This document shows, piece by piece, positions 54,860 to 64,000 of a DNA stretch of 64,000 nt. This stretch comes from Corallochytrium limacisporum Hawaii (lineage: Eukaryota; Protista; Pluriformea), in NCBI GenBank assembly GCA_002811645.1, contig PDIP01000003.1, positions 628,026-692,025 on the forward strand, given 5' to 3'. Every line of letters starts with the position of its first letter. Positions within the stretch are counted from its first letter, which is position 1. A program made the translations under genes and the position numbers. The notes beneath the pieces are model-generated. The model did no database searches, was not told where the DNA came from, and worked only from the letters and a program-made list of their open reading frames with translations.

Positions 54860-56633
54860 GCGAGCCGGCCCTACTAGATCAAAGTCTTTCTCTTTGACCA
54901 CGTCCTGTACTGATCTAATACATCTGTCCCTTACACAAACATTACATTTGCAAGTAACTAATCATACAGCAGTGTGCTGGCTTTATCCAGATATACTTGT
55001 CAATTACTACTATTAAATGTTCGAGATGATCATTTCTTACGTGCATATGTTGCGACCGAATGAGTCCTTCCTCTGCTTGCATAGCTTGATCGTGACAAAC
55101 TTATCCTCGGAATCCGAGCGTTTTGCTATTGTGCTCGTCAGTACACTCTCTGACACTCCCGAACGGTAGCCCAAAAGCCAACACCGTGCCCATTGTCCAT
55201 CGAACCCACAAGATCACGGGCTGCATGCAAAGAATCGAGCGCACGACAAGATCAGGAAGGACAATTGTCGACGCCATATGTCAGACAGCACCTCTTTCTC
55301 GTCCTCAGGTTGACCCCCCAAGGTACTTCTGTGTCTTCGTCGGATGTGTTTGTGCTCACCAACTACAGTTGTTAAGCACGGAACTGGCAGCCAGAGGTGG
55401 AATCCATGACCTTCTTCTCTCTCTGTTTCCCCTTTCCTTCATCCTTCCCTGCGTAGCTTAACAAAGAATGTACGTGTCCATCCGCACGAAGTCTTAGAAA
55501 TGAACAGTACACACAACCGCGGGCAGGACAGCCTTAACAGGAAAGAGGAGGTCACTAGAAAGAACTCTGCCCAAACACCAACCCAGTCAGCCAACCAAAG
55601 CCGATAGCCATCCACGGGCCACGCAGATCGGCCACAGGGACAAATTTATGCGGCGAGAAAAATTTGGTGACCTCTCTCTATTCGTGGAAAATTCGCAAAA
55701 CTTCAGCAGCAGCCGGCCGTGTTTACTACAAAAAGGCTCGGTTCATTTGGACCAGTGCCGTCTCGGACTAAAAATGAAGCTGTCAAAGACCCCTCCCTGG
55801 TTCCACACCTTGTCACAACCGGATACCGCATCCTAACCTGCCCTTGCAAGCCAAGAAATATTTTGCAGGCACAAGATTTCAGTACATTCTATATCTAGTT
55901 TGCAGTTTCAGTGGTCCCCACCGTACAAAAACCGGCTGATATAAGGATGACTACCGACCGAACCCTTTGTTTCACTCAAATGCAATTCTATCTCCAGGAA
56001 TGGGCATTTTCCTGGTGCAAAATTTGACAAATTTTATTCTCCTTGCATCCTTGAAACAATATTTCCACTGCCTGCTTACTATGGGCTTCGCACCGTTTCG
56101 CGACAAAAAGATCTGTGGCGCGCTCCCAGTCGGTGACCGGGAAAATTTTTCACCGCGCTCGGTCTAATCCACCAACGTGCCTCTCTGCAAACCCCCTAAA
56201 AGAACTACCACCACCACGGGGAAACAAGCCGCCCCCCCCCCCTACCTTCCTTTTTCGTATCGGGGCGGTGGTGCGCACACGGCCACTTTGGATTTACCGT
56301 CGCCCTGTCAGTGACGCAATCAAAACCGGTGGGTCCGCTTTGGAGACCACACCCTTGGGGAGGGGTTGGGTTAGGGCACCGGCCGGGGGAAAGCAGGAAA
56401 AGGACGGGGAAGCCGAACAGACTGGCACAGAATCGGGAGTTACAAGGGCAGAGCAATGTTTCAATCCTCATTGGATCACACTGCCTTCATTGTCATCGTT
56501 AGCCCTCATATCAATGCCTTTGTGTATATGGAGCTGTGAAGCACACCACTTTCCCCAGAACGAGCCCACACCTCTACAGGTAGTGTCACAAAATGTCAAA
56601 CTTACTCACAGAAGATCGATATATCACCGAAAG

Positions 56634-56643
56634 GTATATAAAT
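56634..56643 (+). promoter_or_regulatory. Candidate TATA box for paralog B
   Basis: GTATATAAAT ~110 bp upstream of ATG 56753. Confidence 0.4.
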
Positions 56644-56752
56644 CGAAACGTCTTTCTCCATGATCCACATTGAATCAGGAGCAAATATCAACCATAAATA
56701 ACATATCAGAGAGCCAGATTCAGCTTTTTACGACTCCTCTTTGTCAAGCATC

Positions 56753-57316
56753 ATGAAGACCACCAATGCCATCATCGTTGCCACCACGGCCGCCGCCGCC
56801 GAACTTGCTTCTGCTCGCTCCATGCTGCGCCGGCAGTGGGCTGACTGGCCTAGCATTGCCTTTGTTAACAATGTGCGAAACGTACCAACTGGATACGACA
56901 CGTTCACATTGGCTCTCCAGAGCCCTGATACAACCGGCTCATTTTTTTTGCCCGATGTCTGGGATGACAACTACCAGGCGGCCCTCTTGCCTAACTCGAC
57001 AGTGACTTTCGACATGTACCAGTACTGCAATACCGACGTTTCCTTTGTTATTAACTCCGTGCAGGATGCTACCAACCAAACAACTGTTCTCACCAATGAG
57101 TACGGCATAGCCTCGAATTCACCGGTAGGTTGCTTCACCCTTACCAACACTTTCGAACCTAGTCAGAACCGTCCTACTCCGGCCATTGTCTGGTCCGTTG
57201 AGGAGCAAACCCTTGGTAACACCGGACCCACAGTCTATATTTGCAGTGCTGATGACTTCGTCACCTACCTCAACAGCTGCAACTTCAACTACACGTGCCA
57301 GCAAGGGATTTGCTAA
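56753..57316 (+). CDS. Orphan secreted protein (paralog B)
   Basis: Signal-like N-terminus and LRR|Q; shared motifs Y.YCNTD, PAI..SVE.QTL.NTGPTVYIC..DD...YLNSCNF; 2 extra C-terminal Cys. Confidence 0.85.
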   Translation: MKTTNAIIVATTAAAAELASARSMLRRQWADWPSIAFVNNVRNVPTGYDTFTLALQSPDTTGSFFLPDVWDDNYQAALLPNSTVTFDMYQYCNTDVSFVINSVQDATNQTTVLTNEYGIASNSPVGCFTLTNTFEPSQNRPTPAIVWSVEEQTLGNTGPTVYICSADDFVTYLNSCNFNYTCQQGIC

Positions 57317-58905
57317 AATCAAGAACGTATCCCCCGATCGTCCACCTCTCATGGGATGATTATATTTTTCAGTACCAGCTCATGACCATAAATGCCACAG
57401 ATGGCAACTTTTATAGCTTCTGCAGACCCGATCCATTGTTCTTGTCGTTGCCTTGTTGAGAATGCCGTGTCGTAATTTATAGTTGATCCCTTTCTCACTA
57501 TGTCGGAAGAGACCCCTTCCCCAGCCTACCCAACGCAGAGTCGACCACGATTCTCATAGTGATCAGCCGTGCGCGCTGTGACTGCTTTGCAAAAGAGTCA
57601 GCGCAGTCTGGCGTCTAATGAGTTCATGGAATGGAGGGTAACTTGATCGCATCTATGGTGTTCCCGCCCAAACACCAACTATCACCACAGCAGCTGTCTT
57701 CATGCTTCTGAACAAACCGCGGTAAATAGGCCCCCAAGAATGCACCTCCCCCACAATCAATCAAACCAGTCACATTAATGTACTGTCTACATGATTACGA
57801 ACGCAGGAGTCGTAGGTGCATTGCATGTAACATTGGTACCACTGGTACCACGACGATGTACATGCTACTGGAAAATGCATATTGTGAGCTGTGTAAAGGC
57901 GCGGTTTGACGATTCCTCGAATTCTCGTTCATGGGTACTTGAATCCTGGGCGCGAAGCACAAGGTCCAAACATTAACTGAAGAGTATCCGTACTTTCCAT
58001 GCCCTAGCAGGTTCTCCCTCCTTGGATTTGCACGTGAACCCCGATTGGAGGGGGGCAAATTGAAACTAGTACCTGATGGACGTGGTCATGACCACCCGTG
58101 ACCGTTCTTCACCCGTGATGTTACGCATACTGCTGTGAATCCAAACCAAATACTGCGCTGTACGAACAAATATGTCAAGTGCTGTCAACTGCTATAGCTA
58201 TATATGACTGCCTGTGTACTGATGCAGCCGACCATCCATCGAAGACACCTGGGAAAGCGGCACCCACGGCAGAGGACACTAATATGATACACTGGAGAGT
58301 ATAGAGTCATTCCAACGTCATACGCGAGCTGCATGGCCTGTGTTAAGGCTGTAAAGATTCTGATGTATCGATTCCGTTGGAGCGGAAGCATCGATCGTTG
58401 CCATGAATGTTCAGAGTAGAATGTCGGAGCACAATGCAAAACCTTTACGAAATACTGTGGGCGGCGATCTGGTGGCGTCAACCCGGAGATGCCCACGATG
58501 GATGTGATGGTGCACTGTCTAAAGTGAATATAGAGCGCCAAAGCAGCCCTCTCTAGAGGGCGCCGGACAGGAACGCATCAGTGTCTTTCTGACAACACAA
58601 CAACGAGTTCTCTCGAATGCAAGGGAACCAATCTTTCCTCACACACTGAAATTGGTCTAAATCCTAGTGCTAATGTCTACAGGTATGTTTACGCCAATCT
58701 GCGGTAAATCGCGTTGACATGGTAGATGAAGACCACAGAAACGTCGCATGAACGCTGGACTGGACTGTCCCATGCCAGCAACCAGTCCAGACTACATTGT
58801 GTATCGAGTGCGTTCGAATAGTCTTCCTAGTACGACCAGCGCACCAGCATTATCCTTCCAAAAGGGGGAAGTGAGGTAAGCAAATGAGGTCCCACGAAGA
58901 TCCGC

Positions 58906-58975
58906 ACAATTTCGTCTTGTTGACAATTTCGTCTTGTTGACAATCTCGTCTTTTTGACAATTTTCGTCATTGTTC
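58906..58975. repeat. 17-bp tandem repeat x4 (ACAATTTCGTCTTGTTG)
   Basis: Two perfect and two degenerate units. Confidence 0.85.
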
Positions 58976-60224
58976 AAAGTGATGGCAGACTTGTCGTGCG
59001 TTCCCAGCATTGTTTGGGAGGCTTCCACATGTTTTGCAGCGATGGTGACTTGTAAACTATTGCGCAGAATAGGACGATCCGCCAGGCATGGTGTGGTGTC
59101 TCACTGGTGCCATTCGGAGCTACCACCCGTTTCACTTGCCTACATTTTAATACTTACTTATATGCAGATCGGGACGTTAGTGCGGAGAATGAGACTGGCA
59201 GGAGACCCAGAGGGGAGGGGGGGGGAGGTGGTGAGCGATTTCAGTAGCCGCTGCCGCTGCACATGCCCCCGATATGTCACGGGCGCTACCAAATTCCAAA
59301 ACTCCGTGCCCATACTCTAGACGAAAATGAGCTCGTCTATGCCGAGCCTCGGTTTCAAATATTGCAAAGTTCCGTCAGTGAGCGCGGAGGACAACGCTCT
59401 GACGCGAATTACATTTGAGAAACATGCAGTCACCGTAGTCGAAAACTGCCAGTCAAAGACATCTGATGGAAGGGGCCACCAAATGAGGAGCAGAGCGCAT
59501 GGGAGATGTGAACGGGAAGTCCCTCTGAATCGTCGAGGCCAAGAGTGGTACTGATTCGGACTCCTATGCTTCTCTTTTATGAGCACCTACAATGATTCCG
59601 CACATTGACCCGCATACAGTCCGATTGCGAATGTGTAGCTGTGTAATTCTACTCTGGAAGAGGGGGCGAGCAACGGTACGTTCGCGATGTGACTCAAGAG
59701 TCACCACACGCCAAACTATATACAAATGGGCTACTTGTCGGGCTGCCACATTGGGACGTTAGCAAGTACTGTATACAGGGTGTTAGCATGAAGACAAGCT
59801 TTTATAGTAACTAAGGTATCCCATAGGATTGCCCTGCTGGCCGGGGCAGGATGGCAACTCCAGTTCGAGTGAATCAAAGGAGGCAACCCGCACGCACTTG
59901 CGGCGGACGCGCCTGGGTGATTTTGCGGAGGAGGGGGGAAAGGCGAGGGGTCAATTTCGAGTGCCACACAAACTAAGTGGAAGGTGATCGCCGGCACCAT
60001 CTTCCAAGAAAATGGACAAGGTAAAACCGGTACAATACAGGCTGCAACTCTGTGTTGAGAAAAGTAAGGCCGACTTTGGAAAACCCCGACATTGGGAATC
60101 CAGAAAGCCATGTATTTAAGGTCATGGTTGAGGTGATCGTGATATTGTCCAGGGTACTTGATCACAAGCGTGTTGTCTACGGTATAACCATACCAGGGCC
60201 ATCGCAAAGTCCACGATCACCATC

Positions 60225-62462
60225 ATGGCACCCTCTCCTTATGTTGATAATGAGCCTTCCCTTGGCGAAGCTGCTGAAGAGGTGAAGGTAGTGTCCCTAG
60301 ACGACAAGAAACTCTATGACGATGCCAAGGACTCGAAGAGTGTCAGCTCCATCGACTCTGAGTATGATCCTGAGGTTGAGGACAAAGACGAACCTGTCAT
60401 CACCTTTCGCATTATTGTTATAAGTACAATCCTCAACTTTCTCTGGTCTTACGTCAATCAGATTGGTAACTACCGGACCGTTGCTTTCAGTTTGGATACC
60501 TCTGTTGCCCTCCTTATCTCTTATGTCTTGTTGTCGTGGATGGCAAGATCGCTACCCAGCTGGAAGCTTCGACTTGGTCCGTACACCATCGACACCAATC
60601 CTGGTCCCTTTAATATTCGTGAACATGTCATGCTTGCTCTGATCACGCAGGAGGCCGGAGGTACTGCTTACGTTGCGAATACGTTGTACTTCATGGAGGC
60701 TAAACTTGGACAGAATATTGGCTGGTTCGGAGATTTCCTGCTTATTCTGTGCACAAAGATGGTTGGCTACGGTTTGGCTATTCTCTTCTACCGTTTTCTT
60801 ATCATGGCTAAAAGCATGCCTTGGCCTGGGGCAATATTTCAGGCGGAGGTCTTTAAAATGCTCCACGAAGATAGCCGGTCGCGCCTCAAGGTGTTTGGTC
60901 TGGTCGGTATCCTCAGTCTTGTGTACATGTGGGTTCCCGGTTTCTTCTGGCCAGGTCTGATTTCTGTGTCCATGCTCTGCTGGATTGCTGCTGGTCAACA
61001 CACTAGCCCGAACGGTCCCCTGCAGATAATGGGTCGTGGTCTCAGCCAAGGTTTTGGTCTAGGCACCATGATGTTTGACATGTCTATCTTTATTGCCTAC
61101 TTTGGGTTGGTAGCGTATATTCCTGCATGGCTCGGATTCAACGCCGTGGTCGGTGGAGTTCTGTACGCTTGGATTCTGTCTCCCATTGCCTACTTCTCCG
61201 ACTTTGCCAATAGCAAGAACTTCGACCCCAAAGGTCTAGGTTTGTACCTCGCGAACGGCACAGACTACCCCATCGAACTCCTATTCAATGACGAGCTCGA
61301 ATGGCAGGAGGACGTCTGGGAAACCTATGGGTATGCCTACCTCAGCGGGTTTTATGCAATAGTTTACTTCTTCGGTTTCATGGCACTTACTGCTGCTATC
61401 AGCCACACTATTATCTGGCACTGGGATGACATGGTGACCGCCCTTAGCAAGGAGAACCACCATACTAAGTCGAAGCACGCTATTGCCATAGAAAAGATGG
61501 GCAAAGCCAGCGGAGTTCCCTACTGGTTCGGTATCCTGTTCATTGTCGTTTTCATCGGCATTTTCATTGCAACAAATTTTGCGTATGGTATTGATTACCC
61601 ATGGTGGGCGGTCATTGTGTCTGTGCTTTTAGCGGCCTTCTTCATGATTCCCATCGGTGCTATTCTTTCTGTTACCGGAAACATGCTCGGTTTGAACATC
61701 CTTTGTGAGATGATTGGTGGTTTGATGCTTCACCACAATCCCAATGGAGCGATTCTTGTCAAAGTGACCGGGTACATGGGGCTTTACCATGGCCTTAGCC
61801 TAGTGGGTAACATGAAGATGTGCCAGTTTTTCAAAATTAATTACCGCACAGTCTTAATAATGCAGGCCTGGGGTACTTTCGTCACGTCCCTGGCAGACAC
61901 CACGGCGTATCGTAACGTAATGGACAATAACCTTTTAGATGGATCTAACCCTGACTGGGCCTCCACCAATCTAGCAATCTACACCACTGCCTCTTACCTC
62001 TGGGGCGGTATCGGTCCGTATGAGGCATGGATGTCTCCCAATTCTCCGTACCGTGGTCTGTTCTTCGGCGGTCTTGTTGCCGGTGTTGTTCTACCCGTTA
62101 TCTTCTGGGGCTTGAGCCGCCAGTGGTCTGTTTTCAAGTATGTTCATATCCCCATGCTGACTCTTATGCCTAGCTTCCCCAACATTAACTCCTGGTTTAT
62201 AACCACTTTTTTGATGGTGGTTCTATTCCAGGTCATCATGCCAAAGCGGTTCCCAAATTTCTACAAGAACAACACATATATCACCATCGCGGGTTTGGCT
62301 GCCGGTCTGGGTGTCGGTTCTTTCATCATTTCCATGATGAGTGGCTTTGGGCACGTCTCCCTCAACAACCTACCAGCGTGGACCAATCCCGATGCTGGGT
62401 GCGGCTACATGGACCTACCATCCGATGTATGTCAAATCACTTCATTCGGTGTGTGTGAGTAA
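60225..62462 (+). CDS. OPT-family oligopeptide transporter
   Basis: NPGPFNIREH, GYGLA, PWP, GLNILCEMIG, WGGIGP; many TM helices. Confidence 0.92.
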   Translation: MAPSPYVDNEPSLGEAAEEVKVVSLDDKKLYDDAKDSKSVSSIDSEYDPEVEDKDEPVITFRIIVISTILNFLWSYVNQIGNYRTVAFSLDTSVALLISYVLLSWMARSLPSWKLRLGPYTIDTNPGPFNIREHVMLALITQEAGGTAYVANTLYFMEAKLGQNIGWFGDFLLILCTKMVGYGLAILFYRFLIMAKSMPWPGAIFQAEVFKMLHEDSRSRLKVFGLVGILSLVYMWVPGFFWPGLISVSMLCWIAAGQHTSPNGPLQIMGRGLSQGFGLGTMMFDMSIFIAYFGLVAYIPAWLGFNAVVGGVLYAWILSPIAYFSDFANSKNFDPKGLGLYLANGTDYPIELLFNDELEWQEDVWETYGYAYLSGFYAIVYFFGFMALTAAISHTIIWHWDDMVTALSKENHHTKSKHAIAIEKMGKASGVPYWFGILFIVVFIGIFIATNFAYGIDYPWWAVIVSVLLAAFFMIPIGAILSVTGNMLGLNILCEMIGGLMLHHNPNGAILVKVTGYMGLYHGLSLVGNMKMCQFFKINYRTVLIMQAWGTFVTSLADTTAYRNVMDNNLLDGSNPDWASTNLAIYTTASYLWGGIGPYEAWMSPNSPYRGLFFGGLVAGVVLPVIFWGLSRQWSVFKYVHIPMLTLMPSFPNINSWFITTFLMVVLFQVIMPKRFPNFYKNNTYITIAGLAAGLGVGSFIISMMSGFGHVSLNNLPAWTNPDAGCGYMDLPSDVCQITSFGVCE

Positions 62463-63106
62463 AATGAGGGGAGGAGTCTATTGCAAATTAGCAGATGTCC
62501 TTTTCCTGCACCCTGCCGGGCACACTAGGCTGCAGCACCAAGGCAGTACCGTGATACCTGCACTTCATAGAATCACCATAGCAAAAGTCACTTACAAAGG
62601 AACAGTGATTGAGACGCATACTGAAATGAGAATAAATGTACTGAGCAACACTACACTGAAGTTCCAGCTCATCATCGTAAGGGTCACAGCAGCTGTGTGA
62701 CAAGTGACACGTACGTGTATATATATATATATATAAACATATATAAATAGGAATCAACATGAAAATTTTTTTGGTATTTGCTTAGGTATTTCCTCTCGCC
62801 ACGGCCACAATATTCCCGCTCCTCCTTCGACGTGGAAGGTGTCATTGTCGAAAACAGCAGGCCGAAGTGCTTAGCTAGGTACTGAAGTCCACTCCACAGG
62901 CACTTGATACATACCTTATTGATCTTAGTTCCTCAGAACCTCATCTGGCTTCAGTGGCTGCCGAGTATACTCCACATCCATCGAACATGGTTTCGCTGAA
63001 GGGTGGGCAGGGTCTGTGATCTCTTCGTACAAGCAGCATATCTCTGCACGGAACAGAATGAACTCCTCCCATAGCCAAAGTACCTAGGAATGAAAACAGC
63101 GCGCAA

Positions 63107-63204
63107 ATAGTAGTGAGAGGAGGCGTCGAGGTGCACGCATTCAGACAACACACACATAGCAGTGAGAGGAGACGTTGGGGTACATGCAGTCAGACAACAC
63201 ACAC
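63107..63204. repeat. 49-bp tandem duplication x2
   Basis: ATAG(T/C)AGTGAGAGGAG...TCAGACAACACACAC twice, with 7 mismatches. Confidence 0.85.
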
Positions 63205-64000
63205 CTCAAGGAATGTTGACGGGAAGGCTGACAGCGGTTTCTCAAGTTCCCCGATGGTGATGATTCATGAGAGTGAGAGCCAAGGTGTGACACGTACACC
63301 CTAACGCCGTATTTACCCATGGTAGTGGTTGTTGTCTCCACATGTGTCAGTGAAGTTTACAAGGGGTGTGTACCACTATAGAGGACCCATGACGGTTTGC
63401 TAACGAGTGCGCGGGTATTTCCGGTGAGTCTGCTTGCAAATTCTTTTCTATGGGTCCGCAACTCCCGAATAAATTTCCGCGCACGAGGCGCTATGGTGCA
63501 CGAATGCGGGCAGAAAAAAAACGAACTATTTGTAGAGGGAGTAGATTTCTTCATGGAATAGAACCTCATTTACATCGCAGTGGGATTCGCTTTGCTGCGA
63601 AAAGTGTCCACCGGCGGTTAAAGACATATTTTTATCCCCTTATGACAACACGAAGATCACGGCTCAGGGGGCTTGCAGTGGACATAGTAGTCAGCAGTAA
63701 CAGACCGCAGGATATTTTTTGAGTCCTTTGGCAGGACACATGGCCTTATTCATTCTGCTGAAACTTTCGTCAAAATATCCGCCCTTTCGACGTCTAAGAC
63801 AAATGCATTGATCCGCAAGTTTCCTGAAGCTGAGTGATTTGCCAATAGGTGTAGTGCACAAAGGCACATCGTTGGCTGCGTTTGTATACCACCCTCTGTC
63901 TCATAATATTAGGCCGAACCTATTCAAATCACATTCATTCGAATCCCGACCGCTGTGGCGGGAAACATTTTGCGCGTTCAAACTCAGCGTAGCCGACTCT

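Noticed and set aside
55193-55375. ORF ending DVFVLTNYSC as a third secreted paralog remnant
   Set aside because: Similarity is too weak; the YCNTD and NTGPTVYIC blocks are missing.
58906-63204. Repeats as a CRISPR-like array
   Set aside because: Units are contiguous with no unique spacers, there are no cas genes, and the context is eukaryotic.
63930-63960. TTCGAATCCC tRNA T-loop-like string
   Set aside because: It lacks the GGTTC T-stem, and I could not build a cloverleaf.

Overview
Gene-dense eukaryotic genomic DNA with about 24 protein-coding genes, none of which shows an intron inside its CDS. The gene content points to a unicellular opisthokont, possibly a Corallochytrium-like holozoan. 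That assignment is inference only, based on B12-dependent MMUT, cyclin Y, ciliary CFAP410, a fungal-type trifunctional HIS4, an OPT transporter and TTAGGG repeats. Recognisable genes: GON4L-like (5'-partial), GPN2, fatty-acid elongase, U2 snRNA, REX1B-like, LYR protein, MMUT, RapGAP, ING3, cyclin Y, NDUFB8-like, a SAM/AT-hook/C2H2 protein, a CobW/ZNG1 GTPase, RPS4, a type-I membrane protein, a myotubularin pseudophosphatase, MLH1, CDC48, MPP10, HIS4, L2HGDH, CFAP410, two paralogous orphan secreted proteins and an OPT transporter. Most interesting observations: (1) a broken bacterial-type PAS-adenylyl cyclase-TPR gene fragment capped by a (TTAGGG)n telomere tract and joined directly behind another gene's stop codon; (2) a recurring pattern of splice donors and YAG acceptors in 5' leaders only, suggesting introns survive only in 5' UTRs while U2 snRNA is retained; (3) recurrent poly(dC)-poly(dG) palindromes in intergenic DNA; (4) an unrecognised tandem family of secreted pro-proteins with RR|Q cleavage sites; (5) a degenerate HisA-like barrel on HIS4. 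All identifications come from motif recognition by eye; no searches were run.
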